Positions 8,640 through 18,421 of a stretch of 64,000 nucleotides of DNA are shown here, one piece after another. The stretch comes from Alistipes sp. (GTDB lineage Bacteria > Bacteroidota > Bacteroidia > Bacteroidales > Rikenellaceae), in contig JAFNXN010000027.1 of NCBI GenBank assembly GCA_017379015.1, forward strand, positions 1,412 through 65,411, in the 5' to 3' direction. Position 1 is the first letter of the stretch, and each line of letters opens with the position of its first letter. Made by a program: the position numbers and the translations under genes. The notes below the pieces were generated by a model. That model saw nothing but the letters and a program-made list of their open reading frames with translations. It did not search any database and was not told the origin of the DNA.

Positions 8640-11564
8640 ATGAAGAGATTTTTACTAACACTATCTTGTACACTTCTATCCCTATGCTCATTTGCGCAGT
8701 CGGGAGGTATGAAGGGTATAGTTGTGTCGCGTGATGATCGTGAGCCACTTAGCGGTGTGAGCATATCTGTTAATGGCACTCCTATCAATCACACAACCAA
8801 CACTACGGGAGAGTTCTATATTTCGGGACTTGAGCCTGGTGAGTACAGTCTGACATTTGCTGTGGCAGACTTTGAGGATCTAACACTTATGGTGCGCGTC
8901 AAGGAGTTGGTTCACGACATGCACTATGTTGTGATGATTCCACAGACGCTTATTGCTGTCGACGACTCGGCATTTGCCGAACTCGATACCGATGTTGAGT
9001 CGATGGGCGATACGAATGCTATGCCTGGTTCGCTCTCAGCATCGAAGGATATTTATAATAATATCGCTTCGTATCGCTTCTCGGAGATGCGTTTTAAGGT
9101 TCGAGGATACGACTCTCAGTATGAGGATGTATATCTCAACGGCATTCGCTTCAACGATGCATTGACTAGCTATGGTCCATGGTCGTTGTGGAGTGGTCTT
9201 AACGATGCTACACGCAACCAGGAGACAACCTCTGGACTAACCATGTCGGATTATGGTCTTGGCGGTATTGCAGGTACTACAAATATCAATGCTCGTGCCT
9301 CGCAGCTCCGCAAGGGCTTCCGCGCAAGTGTTGTAAATGCTACTCAGCTCTACCGTTTCCGTGCTATGTTGAGCTATGCCTCTGGTCAGCTCGACAATGG
9401 TTGGTCGTATGGCTTCACGCTCTCGACACGACAGGGTGGAAATGGCTATGTTGATGGTGTCTACTACAACGCTTTCGGATACTTCTTCTCGGCAGAGAAG
9501 GTGTTTAACCGTTATCATCGACTCTCGGCAACCATCATGGCAGCACCTACTGAGCGTGGTGCGCAGCAGGCATCTACTCAGGAGGCGTACGACCTTTGGG
9601 GTGATAACTACTACAACCCAAATGTCGGTATGCAGGATGGCAAGTTGCGTAACTCGCGTGTGCGCGACATGCACGAGCCTATCGTCATGCTAAACTATAG
9701 CTGGCAGCTTGGCGATCGCACATCTCTTACAGCTGCTATGTCGTTGCGCTTTGGTCGCAACGGCTATTCAGCACTCACCTGGTATAAGGGTGAGGATCCA
9801 CGTCCCGACTACTATCGTCAGATGCCATCATACTATGGCGATCGACTGCTTCGTCGTACCATCCTCAACAACTTTGCTGAGAATAATGACCAGCCACTTA
9901 GGTTTACTGAGACCGATCTTGAGACTGACCGTCAGAAACTCATTGAGTTTACGAAGTACTGGAATGGCTATATCGACTTCGATGGCTTGATCCGCGATAA
10001 TAAGCGTGGTGATGTGCTCGCTGGCTACGAGGGTCATCGTGCTTATGCTATGATCGAGGAGCGTCATACCGACCAGCTTGACTATAACTTTGCTGCTCAG
10101 CTCAACCATGTCTTTCGTGATGGCTCTAAGTTCACAGCAGGAGTACGTGCGCGTGCTAACCGTACAGAGTACTACTCAATGGTTAAGGATCTGCTAGGTG
10201 GCGACTACTGGTTGGATGTTGATAAGTTTGCCGAGCGCGATTTTGGTAGCAACGATCTTGCTTATCAGAACAACATGGCATACTATCGCGAGCATGGTAA
10301 GGCACAGGCTGTTAAGGAGGGTGATAAGTATAATTATGACTATTATGCTCATGTGCGTGAGGGTCAGTTGTGGGCTACCTATGGCTATAAGATTGCTGGC
10401 TTCAGTGCTAATGTGGGTGCTGAGGTCGGTTTCTCGAACATGTGGCGTCAAGGTCTTTGGGAGAAGGGCTTGTTTCTCAATGCCAATGCTAATGGCGATC
10501 ATGGCAAGACCTCGTTTGGTAACTCTGACAAGATCAACACATTTACCTACAAACTCAAGGCCAACCTAAGCTATCAGTTCTCTGGTGCTCACTCTATTGA
10601 GCTTAATGCAGCCTCTATGCAGCTTGCCCCAACCTTCAATAACGCCTTTGTGTCGGCGCGTACGCGTAATCAGATCACTCCTGGTCTTAGCGCAGAGAGG
10701 GTAAATGCACTTGATTTCAGCTACAAGCTCAATACACCATGGCTCAGAGCGCGTCTGTCGGCATACTATACCCAGACAGCAGACCAGTCAAAGGTTATCT
10801 CATTCTACGATGATACTCAGGGCTCATTCACCAACTTCGCCATGTCGGGCATCGATAAGCGATATATGGGTGTTGAGTTTGGCTTCAGCGTGCCTATCGC
10901 TTGGGGCTTGTCGTTGCAGGGTGCGGTGAACTATGGCGACTATATCTACACATCAAACCCTGAGTTCACACAGATGATAGATAACTCGGCAACCGATGTT
11001 GTTCATAGCCGTGTGAATTGGAAGGGCATGAAGGTTGAGAGCACGCCACAGACAGCTATTAATGTTGGTTTCAACTTCCGTGGCCCTAACAACTGGTATG
11101 CGTCGCTCGACTTTAACTACTACGACCGTTTGTACCTCTCGATGAACCCAATGTATCGTACCGAGTACCTTATGAATGAGATTAAGCGTATCTACGATTG
11201 GAATAACCTCGAGTCGGGTCGTCAGAAGGCCTATGTTGTAGGCGTTATGGAGGATATCCGTCATCAGGAGGATCTTGGTCATGCCTATACTCTTAGCGCA
11301 AGCATCGGTAAGAACTGGCGTATCAAGTATAAGTACACCTTGGGCTTCAGCCTTCAGGTGAACAATATCCTCAACAACCAGTCTATTCGCACTGGTGGTT
11401 ACGAGCAGATGCGTCTAAACAAGATCTCAGATCCTATTATCTTCCCTGATGCTGAGGGCGGATATCAGATCGTAAGCAAGCCTACCACATATTCGCGCTT
11501 CAACTCGAAGTATTTCTATATGAATGGCTTGAACTACTATCTCAATGTGTACTTCCGTTTCTAA
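8640..11564 (+). CDS. TonB-dependent outer membrane transporter
   Basis: Signal peptide, carboxypeptidase-regulatory-like N-domain, plug (FKVRGYD...YLNGI), barrel with VNNILN and C-terminal YYLNVYFRF. Confidence 0.9.
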   Translation: MKRFLLTLSCTLLSLCSFAQSGGMKGIVVSRDDREPLSGVSISVNGTPINHTTNTTGEFYISGLEPGEYSLTFAVADFEDLTLMVRVKELVHDMHYVVMIPQTLIAVDDSAFAELDTDVESMGDTNAMPGSLSASKDIYNNIASYRFSEMRFKVRGYDSQYEDVYLNGIRFNDALTSYGPWSLWSGLNDATRNQETTSGLTMSDYGLGGIAGTTNINARASQLRKGFRASVVNATQLYRFRAMLSYASGQLDNGWSYGFTLSTRQGGNGYVDGVYYNAFGYFFSAEKVFNRYHRLSATIMAAPTERGAQQASTQEAYDLWGDNYYNPNVGMQDGKLRNSRVRDMHEPIVMLNYSWQLGDRTSLTAAMSLRFGRNGYSALTWYKGEDPRPDYYRQMPSYYGDRLLRRTILNNFAENNDQPLRFTETDLETDRQKLIEFTKYWNGYIDFDGLIRDNKRGDVLAGYEGHRAYAMIEERHTDQLDYNFAAQLNHVFRDGSKFTAGVRARANRTEYYSMVKDLLGGDYWLDVDKFAERDFGSNDLAYQNNMAYYREHGKAQAVKEGDKYNYDYYAHVREGQLWATYGYKIAGFSANVGAEVGFSNMWRQGLWEKGLFLNANANGDHGKTSFGNSDKINTFTYKLKANLSYQFSGAHSIELNAASMQLAPTFNNAFVSARTRNQITPGLSAERVNALDFSYKLNTPWLRARLSAYYTQTADQSKVISFYDDTQGSFTNFAMSGIDKRYMGVEFGFSVPIAWGLSLQGAVNYGDYIYTSNPEFTQMIDNSATDVVHSRVNWKGMKVESTPQTAINVGFNFRGPNNWYASLDFNYYDRLYLSMNPMYRTEYLMNEIKRIYDWNNLESGRQKAYVVGVMEDIRHQEDLGHAYTLSASIGKNWRIKYKYTLGFSLQVNNILNNQSIRTGGYEQMRLNKISDPIIFPDAEGGYQIVSKPTTYSRFNSKYFYMNGLNYYLNVYFRF

Positions 11565-11573
11565 TAGCTTAAA

Positions 11574-12905
11574 ATGATTGATAATATGAAACTTATAAAG
11601 ATTTTTTCTATTGTCGCAGCGGCACTTCTATCAGTAGGCTGTTACGAGCGATTTGGTGATGTGGAGCCTATATCGTTGATGGATGATGTGACCTTCGAGT
11701 CTATGTTTCCTGAGGCTGAGCACATCTCTATTGCCGAGCTAAAGTTTGCCTTTGGAACAATTAGCAATACGGGTGTTAATAAAGATTGGAACGATACCAT
11801 CTACAAGCTCATTGGCGAAGATATATTCGTAGGTCACGATGTCTATATTAAGGGTAAGGTTACGTCGGACGATACCGAGGGTAATGTCTATAAGTCGCTC
11901 TATATCCAGGACGAGACCACAGGTATCGAGCTTAAGCTCAACAACAACGTTGGCATCAAGTACAAGAAGGGTACATGGGTCTATGTGCGCCTCACGGGTC
12001 TTTACTTGGGTAACTACCGCATGATGCTCTCGTTGGGCGGTGCTCCTTCGGAGTCGTGGAACAAGGCTGGCGAGCATAAGTTCTATGCAAACTCTAATCT
12101 CGAGACTCAGGAGATCATTGATCAGCATGTATTTGCCGGTCGCGCTGCTGAGGGTGGACTTATTGTTGGCGACTACGATCAGTGGAACTACTACGAACCA
12201 TCTATCGATATTATCACTGTCACTCCCGACAACTATATCGATGTCTTCTCTACAAAGAAGGTTCAGCTCGATGGTAAGTTCTACGGTACAGATAAGACCG
12301 ATGAGTTTGGTATCACTCACCACGTATTCGAGATGCCACAGCGCGAGTTGATGTTTGGTCGTTTGATCCGCTTTGAGGGCTTGGAGTGCCACTATGCTGG
12401 TGTGCCTAACCAGAATGGTGTTACCAACCCAGCGTTGAAGAGTGGTTCGTTCGATAATATCTACCCAAGCTGGTTGTACACCGACCCACGTCCTACAGTC
12501 TCTAAGGCTTGGTATCAGTGGGCCTTCAAGGAGGAGGTTACGGGTCGTAGCTTGTATGGCTCGGTGCTCTTCACCTATAACCCCGAGGCTACTGTATGTT
12601 CTCAGAATGGTGTCTATGCACTTCGCACCAGCGGTTACTCGCGTTTCGCACGTCGCAACGTATGTAAGGATGGAGAGAAGGCTACCATTACCGCCATCTA
12701 TGGCATCTATGCACAGCGTTCCGACTATGCTGGCAATGCCGATGACTATGCTTCGTATCAGCTTACCGTGAGCAGCTTCTCGGATCTTGAGTTTGAGAAT
12801 GGCGAGGCGGCATTTCTTACCGACGAGCAGGTTAAGACTATGACCACCGAGGATATGAAGACCGTGCCTTGGATGGACGAGGAGGGTGAGAGCGAGTATA
12901 TGTAA
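11574..12905 (+). CDS. DUF5689-like OB-fold lipoprotein
   Basis: Lipobox SVGC, ISIAELK, YIKGKVTSDDTEGNVYKSLYIQDETTGIEL, LRTSGYSRFA and YQLTV. Confidence 0.78.
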   Translation: MIDNMKLIKIFSIVAAALLSVGCYERFGDVEPISLMDDVTFESMFPEAEHISIAELKFAFGTISNTGVNKDWNDTIYKLIGEDIFVGHDVYIKGKVTSDDTEGNVYKSLYIQDETTGIELKLNNNVGIKYKKGTWVYVRLTGLYLGNYRMMLSLGGAPSESWNKAGEHKFYANSNLETQEIIDQHVFAGRAAEGGLIVGDYDQWNYYEPSIDIITVTPDNYIDVFSTKKVQLDGKFYGTDKTDEFGITHHVFEMPQRELMFGRLIRFEGLECHYAGVPNQNGVTNPALKSGSFDNIYPSWLYTDPRPTVSKAWYQWAFKEEVTGRSLYGSVLFTYNPEATVCSQNGVYALRTSGYSRFARRNVCKDGEKATITAIYGIYAQRSDYAGNADDYASYQLTVSSFSDLEFENGEAAFLTDEQVKTMTTEDMKTVPWMDEEGESEYM

Positions 12906-12925
12906 TTCTTCGCAATAAGTTGTAT

Positions 12926-12958
12926 GGCGGCTAACTCTTTTTAGGGTTAGCCGTTTTT
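12926..12958 (+). terminator. Intrinsic terminator of the nuclease-TBDT operon
   Basis: ggcggctaactct/agggttagccgtt followed by a T-run. Confidence 0.8.
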
Positions 12959-13092
12959 GTTGGCTATACCTATATTTTATATATTAGCACGAACAATGCC
13001 CTAAAGAGTGTTGTTCGTTTTGAAAAAAAGTATTATCTTTGTTCTATCGTTTGGTGGTGACACCTCTACGATGACATATTCATGAAAGTGTT

Positions 13093-13302
13093 TTTTCGTG
13101 TATCCCTGTTGAAAATGTGGAAGTTTTCTTGACCAAGGGGTTGGCGAGCAGCACTCATTTCTTGTGTAGCTATGTGGCTATGCACGCTTTGTGCATATAC
13201 CCCATACTATCCAAGTGTGGGGCATTGTTACGTTTATTTTGGTCAGGTCCTTCCACAACCTTCAACAGATAGACGGGAATCAACTCCACACTTTCTGTTT
13301 TT
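13093..13302 (+). ncRNA. Candidate structured cis-regulatory leader RNA
   Basis: Nested pairings ctgttgaa/ttcaacag, tgtggaag/cttccaca and ttgaccaa/ttggtcag enclose two hairpins. The region lies between the -7 box TATCTTTG (13034-13041) and ATG 13353. Confidence 0.6.
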
Positions 13303-13352
13303 ATACTATCGTATCATTTGGGGTTGGTGATATAGCTAACACACAAACAAAC

Positions 13353-15929
13353 ATGAGAAGACTTTTTAACTGCGTAATGTTGATTGTGGCGCTTGGATTC
13401 TCGTCGTGTCTTTACGATGACACTCCATTGTGGGAGAAGGTTAACAACCACGAAGAGCGTCTTTCAACTCTTGAGGAGCTTTGCGGCGAGATTAACAGCA
13501 ATATCGAAGCTCTTCAGACCCTTGTCGAGGCTATGGAGGATGGCGACTACATCACCAAGGTTGAGCCTATCGAGGAGAATGGCGAGGTTGTGGGCTACAC
13601 AATCACATTTGCCAAGAGCGAGGCTATCACTATCTATAATGGCAAGGATGGTGCTGACAGCGGATCTGTACCACAGATTGGTGTGAAGAAGGATGCTGAT
13701 GGCGTCTACTACTGGACCGTTAACGGCGAGTGGTTGCTTGACGATGCTGGCAACAAGGTTAAGGCAGTAGGTGTTGATGGCAAGGATGGTGCAGATGGTG
13801 AGGACGGCAAGGATGGTGTCGATGGCGAAGATGGCAAGGATGGTGCTAACGGTAAGGACGGTGCCGATGGCGAAGATGGTAAGAATGGTACTAATGGTAC
13901 AAACGGTAAGGATGGCAAGGATGGTGTCACTCCACAGCTTAAGATCGAGAACAACTATTGGTATGTATCTTACGACAATGGTGTTACATGGACACAGCTT
14001 GGTCGATCAACTGCCGATAGCGGTGATGTCGCTGGCTCACTCTTTACGGACGTGACTATCGACGAGCAGTATGTGCGTTTCACACTTGCTGATGGCACAT
14101 CATTCGTCATTCCTTTCCTCGTAGACTCTCTTCTCAGCTCGCTCGACGACATGAGCTTTATCCCTAAGTATAACGACGGCAAGGCTACCGTAACCCGTTA
14201 TGCTGATGGTGTCATCCTCGCTGAGTTCGACTTTGCGGTTGCTCCTAAGGCTGCTGCCGAGGTCATTGCCAATAATTTCGAGGAGCTTCTTACGGTTAAT
14301 GCTGTTCAGACCCTTACTCGCTCTGTGACTCTAATCAATATGCCTGTTGTGGAGTGCGAGGCTGATGCTACGATGGGCATTATCAGCCTCAAGGCGTCGG
14401 GTCAATATCTCAACCCCGCTGCATTCACTGGCGAGGTTACCTATAGCGCGGCTCTCACCATTAGCGATGGAGCTAACAGCCTTATCTCAGACTATATCGA
14501 GCTTTGCACTTATGTAAGTTCGGAGAATAGCCCCGAGGATGAGCCTGAGACCCCTGTTGATCCTGAGGATCCTGAGACTCCAGTCGATCCCGAGGAGCCT
14601 GTTCTCCCTGCTGACGAGAAGGTTATCTACTATACTACTACCGACAAAGCACCTGTTAAGCTGGGCGCAACCACTGGCTTTGGTGGTATTCTTCTTAGCA
14701 ACGAGTACGATGTCGAGGCAAACCTCGGCAAGCTAACTTTCTCGGCAAAGGTTACTTGCATCCCTGCCAACGCCTTCAAGTCATCTACTATCTCTACCAT
14801 CAACTTCCCGGCTACTGTTACCTCTATTGGTAATGATGCATTCTACGAATCTAAGATCTGGAAGATTACCATCCCTAATACAGTAACATCACTCGGTACT
14901 AGGGTATTCAGTAATTGCGATAACCTTGTAGCTGCAAATATTGATTGTGCATGTGGTATACCTTATTATAATTCTGGCTGTTTTTCTGATTGTGACTACC
15001 TTACCAGTGTAACCATTGGTGATAGTGTGACATCTATTGGTAGCAATGCTTTTTATACCTGTGATAGACTGGAAACGGTCTCTATTGGTAGTAGTGTAAC
15101 TTCAATTAGGGATCAAGTTTTTTATCAATGTCGTAAGCTTACTACCGTAAATATCCCTGATAGCGTGAAATCTATTGGTAATTCTGCTTTCTCCCAGTGC
15201 GATGCTCTTGAGTCAATAGTAATTGGTAATGGGGTAGAAACGATAGGATCTCAAGCCTTTTGCTATTGTGGTAATCTAACTTCAGTAACATTTGGTACTG
15301 CTATTAAGAGTGTTGGTTCTGCTGCTTTTCGATATTGCGACAAGTTAGAGTACTTTTATATTAATGACCTGTCAAGCTATTGTGGTGTTGATTATTCTGA
15401 CGCTTATGCCACTCCTAAGCATCAGACTAAGTGTAATCTTTATCTAAATGGCAATCTGGTTGAAGAACTTGTTGTTCCAGAGGGTATTACAAAGATCGGA
15501 GCCTATGCTTTCTACAATTGCGATAGCTTTAAGAGTGTGACTATCCCCGATAGCGTGAAAACTATATCTACCGCTGCATTCTATGGATGTGATAACATCA
15601 CATCTATTGATATTCCTACGGTGAATAATCCCGATTACACCACAACAGTTGGCAGCTCTGCATTTGCATATTGTTCTAAGCTGGCAAAGGTGACCATTGG
15701 TAAGAGAATTTCGTCGATTGGCGAAAAGGCATTCTACTGCTGCAACATCCTTCAGAAGTCCTACTGCAAGGCTACCAATGTGCCTGCGTTGGGTGCTAAT
15801 GCCTTCTATGGCGAAAATGGCTACACCATCGGTACTGAGATCTATGTGCCTAATGCGTTGGCTGAGACATATAAGGGTGCGACCAACTGGCGAGATTATG
15901 CAGCGTATATCTACGGATATGAGTTCTAA
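13353..15929 (+). CDS. Surface lipoprotein: coiled-coil/DUF4988-like N-terminus, collagen-like repeat and BspA-type leucine-rich repeats (LRR_5)
   Basis: Start reassigned to MRRLFNCVMLIVALGFSSC. Contains 18 Gly-X-Y triplets, multiple IxxSVTSIGxxAFxxCxxL repeats and the C-cap IYVP...YKGATNWRDY. Confidence 0.85.
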   Translation: MRRLFNCVMLIVALGFSSCLYDDTPLWEKVNNHEERLSTLEELCGEINSNIEALQTLVEAMEDGDYITKVEPIEENGEVVGYTITFAKSEAITIYNGKDGADSGSVPQIGVKKDADGVYYWTVNGEWLLDDAGNKVKAVGVDGKDGADGEDGKDGVDGEDGKDGANGKDGADGEDGKNGTNGTNGKDGKDGVTPQLKIENNYWYVSYDNGVTWTQLGRSTADSGDVAGSLFTDVTIDEQYVRFTLADGTSFVIPFLVDSLLSSLDDMSFIPKYNDGKATVTRYADGVILAEFDFAVAPKAAAEVIANNFEELLTVNAVQTLTRSVTLINMPVVECEADATMGIISLKASGQYLNPAAFTGEVTYSAALTISDGANSLISDYIELCTYVSSENSPEDEPETPVDPEDPETPVDPEEPVLPADEKVIYYTTTDKAPVKLGATTGFGGILLSNEYDVEANLGKLTFSAKVTCIPANAFKSSTISTINFPATVTSIGNDAFYESKIWKITIPNTVTSLGTRVFSNCDNLVAANIDCACGIPYYNSGCFSDCDYLTSVTIGDSVTSIGSNAFYTCDRLETVSIGSSVTSIRDQVFYQCRKLTTVNIPDSVKSIGNSAFSQCDALESIVIGNGVETIGSQAFCYCGNLTSVTFGTAIKSVGSAAFRYCDKLEYFYINDLSSYCGVDYSDAYATPKHQTKCNLYLNGNLVEELVVPEGITKIGAYAFYNCDSFKSVTIPDSVKTISTAAFYGCDNITSIDIPTVNNPDYTTTVGSSAFAYCSKLAKVTIGKRISSIGEKAFYCCNILQKSYCKATNVPALGANAFYGENGYTIGTEIYVPNALAETYKGATNWRDYAAYIYGYEF
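13770..13931 (+). repeat. Collagen-like 9-bp tandem repeat (G-X-D/N) x18
   Basis: GVD GKD GAD GED GKD GVD GED GKD GAN GKD GAD GED GKN GTN GTN GKD GKD GVT. Confidence 0.9.
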
Positions 15930-15952
15930 ACGTTTGGTCGTTAAATAGTTCA

Positions 15953-15992
15953 TGGGAGTGGCAAAGGGGTTGTTGCCACTCCTATTTTTTTT
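15953..15992 (+). terminator. Intrinsic terminator
   Basis: tgggagtggcaa/ttgccactccta followed by T8. Confidence 0.85.
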
Positions 15993-16056
15993 GAACTATA
16001 CCTAATATATTCTCAGCTACTTTTTCTATATTTGCATAGTGAAACTTTAACGAGAT

Positions 16057-18225
16057 ATGAGATATAGAGTATTTTTGATATTGTTCGCCGTGGCGACTAT
16101 GATAGGTAGTGTCATGGCGGCTGAGCCTAGTGTGATACCTACACCACGTCGTTATGTAGCCTCCGAGGGAGAGTTTACCATTACTGCCAAGTGTAGAATA
16201 TCGGCTGAGTCTGCCGAGCTTTGTGATGCAGCCAACTATCTCGCCTCGCACCTTGGCATTGGCATTGCCGACAAAGGAGGTGATATTACTCTGCGAGTAG
16301 ATGCCTCACTTGCTAGGGAGGAGTATCGTCTGACGGTCGAGCAGGATAGGGTAGTGATTGCGGGAGGTGGCTATGGCGGCGTGATAAACGGCATAACAAC
16401 ACTCTATGAGCTGTTGCCACCATCTGTCTACAACACCCTTGTGTTGCCCGCAACGGTCGATTGTTGCACGATCGAGGACTCACCGCGCTTCGAGCATCGC
16501 GGATTTATGCTCGACGTCTGTCGTACGTGGATTACTAAGGAGGCGGTGATGGAGTTTATCGACCTGCTTGCCTACCACAAGATCAACAAACTGCGCCTCC
16601 ATCTCACCGATGATGAGGCGTGGCGACTAGAGATCAAGTCGCACCCCGAACTCGCCATGGTGGGCGGCTTCCGTGGTGGCGACAGCCCTATATGGGCGCG
16701 CTATGGCAAGTGGAGCGAGAAGTGGGGTGGCTACTACACTCAGGAAGATATGCGCGAGATGATAGCCCATGCGCGAGCGCGCAACATCGAGATAATGCCC
16801 GAAATTGACCTGCCGGGACACAGCCTTGCTATGGCGTCGATGCACCCCGAGATACTATGTAGCTACAAGCCCGACCTAAGCTCGACCTTTGGCTATGATA
16901 CACGCTCGGCATTCTGCGCATCGAAAGAGAGCAACTATGAACTCTTGAGCGACATACTCACCGAGGTGTGCGAGTTGTTCGACACGGAGTACATCCATAT
17001 TGGAGGCGACGAGGTGGAGACCTCGCAGTGGAAGCGTTGCCCCGAGTGTAAGGCACTTATGGCTGCTAAGGGCTACACTGCCCCTGAGCAGCTGCAGGCA
17101 TACTTCATGACCCGCCTTGCCGATATTCTTGCCGCATGTGGCAAGAGGCCCGCGGTGTGGAACGAGGCCATAGATGGCGGTCGTCTGCCCGAGAGCACGG
17201 TGGTCTACGGCTGGGAGGGTGTCAAGGAGTGTCGCGAGGCGGCAGCACGAGGCTATAAGGTGGTCGTCATGCCTGGTCAGTACTTCTACTTCGATATGAA
17301 GCAGTCGAGCCACGAGCCGGGACACGACTGGGCAGCAATATTCGACTGGCGAAAGGTCTATGGGGTGACACCTGCGGCTTTGGGCTTCACCCAGCAGGAG
17401 CAGCGTAACATCCTTGGCTTCGAGGCATCGTTCTTTAGTGAGGCTTATGCCTCGCGCAACCCCGAGAAGCCAGACTATCTACACTATCAGACCTTCCCAC
17501 GTATCGTGGCACTCTCGGAGGTGGCATGGAGTGGTAGCGACAGCCGCGATGAGCGTAGCTTCTACAAGCGTATGGTGGCGCACTACGATCGCCTTGATTG
17601 TATGGGCGTGGCATATCGCCTTATGCCCCCAGTGGTTACATACGAGAATGGAAAGCTCTCTGCTTCGGTAGACGATGGCGCGACACTATATGTGCATGAG
17701 GTGGGTAGCGATGTGTGGCGCAACTATACTGAGCCTATAACAACCTCCTCACCTGATTGCTACCTCTTTGTCAGTCGTCGCGGCAAGGCACTCTCGCGAG
17801 ATGTGGCACACGCCTCTTACTCTAAGCGACTAACACCTCAGTTTACGCTAAGCTCATCGATGCCCCAGCACCCGACGATGACCTTTGCCAAGGCTCAGAA
17901 CTATGGTCGCTTGGCGCGTACCTCACGCACGTGCGACGTGGGCGACTGGATACTATACACCTTTGCTCAGCCCGTTACATGCCGACGCATGGTGCTCTCG
18001 ACGGGTAACTTTCAGCTGCCACGATTTATCTTCGAGCAGGGATATGCCGAGATAAGCTACGACGGAAAGACATTTGTTCACGGAGGGCAACTAAAAAATG
18101 GAGCTATCATCATCGACAACCCTAACCGACCAATAAAGGCTGTTCGCCTTGTGTGTACCTCACGTGGCAATGGCGATAGGTTTGTGTCGATACAGCCACC
18201 CGTAATATATCCAAAGCATAGATAG
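16057..18225 (+). CDS. Beta-N-acetylhexosaminidase, GH20
   Basis: Signal peptide, IEDSPRFEHRGFMLDVCR, HLTDDEAWR, PEIDLPGH and catalytic HIGGDE. Confidence 0.92.
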   Translation: MRYRVFLILFAVATMIGSVMAAEPSVIPTPRRYVASEGEFTITAKCRISAESAELCDAANYLASHLGIGIADKGGDITLRVDASLAREEYRLTVEQDRVVIAGGGYGGVINGITTLYELLPPSVYNTLVLPATVDCCTIEDSPRFEHRGFMLDVCRTWITKEAVMEFIDLLAYHKINKLRLHLTDDEAWRLEIKSHPELAMVGGFRGGDSPIWARYGKWSEKWGGYYTQEDMREMIAHARARNIEIMPEIDLPGHSLAMASMHPEILCSYKPDLSSTFGYDTRSAFCASKESNYELLSDILTEVCELFDTEYIHIGGDEVETSQWKRCPECKALMAAKGYTAPEQLQAYFMTRLADILAACGKRPAVWNEAIDGGRLPESTVVYGWEGVKECREAAARGYKVVVMPGQYFYFDMKQSSHEPGHDWAAIFDWRKVYGVTPAALGFTQQEQRNILGFEASFFSEAYASRNPEKPDYLHYQTFPRIVALSEVAWSGSDSRDERSFYKRMVAHYDRLDCMGVAYRLMPPVVTYENGKLSASVDDGATLYVHEVGSDVWRNYTEPITTSSPDCYLFVSRRGKALSRDVAHASYSKRLTPQFTLSSSMPQHPTMTFAKAQNYGRLARTSRTCDVGDWILYTFAQPVTCRRMVLSTGNFQLPRFIFEQGYAEISYDGKTFVHGGQLKNGAIIIDNPNRPIKAVRLVCTSRGNGDRFVSIQPPVIYPKHR

Positions 18226-18240
18226 CACGAAAATAAAATT

Positions 18241-18270
18241 GGGGATGACTAAGTTTCTCTTAGCATCCCC
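18241..18270. terminator. Terminator-like hairpin attached to the MITE-like element
   Basis: ggggatgactaag/cttagcatcccc between convergent genes. Homologous hairpins occur at 20607 and 56734. Confidence 0.65.
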
Positions 18271-18280
18271 CATAACCTAT

Positions 18281-18400
18281 GAGAGTGAATAAAAAGATGT
18301 AGTTTTAGGCTTGCGAAGCCCGAAAAAGCGGAGTTTACTGAGCGTAAATGAGCATTTTAAGGGCAAGCGTAACGACAAAATACACTTTTTATTCACTCTC
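18281..18400 (-). mobile_element. 120-bp MITE/REP-like element
   Basis: Perfect 16-bp TIR gagagtgaataaaaag/ctttttattcactctc. One mismatch to the 56540 copy outside that copy's insertion. Confidence 0.8.
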
Positions 18401-18421
18401 AAATTTTCTCCTTGGAGTATA

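Noticed and set aside
13191-13352. N-terminal extension of the 912-aa ORF
   Set aside because: The lipoprotein signal starts at ATG 13353, and the upstream part lies in the structured leader.
13353-15929. LRR gene as a diversity-generating retroelement target
   Set aside because: No reverse transcriptase and no template/variable repeat pair seen.
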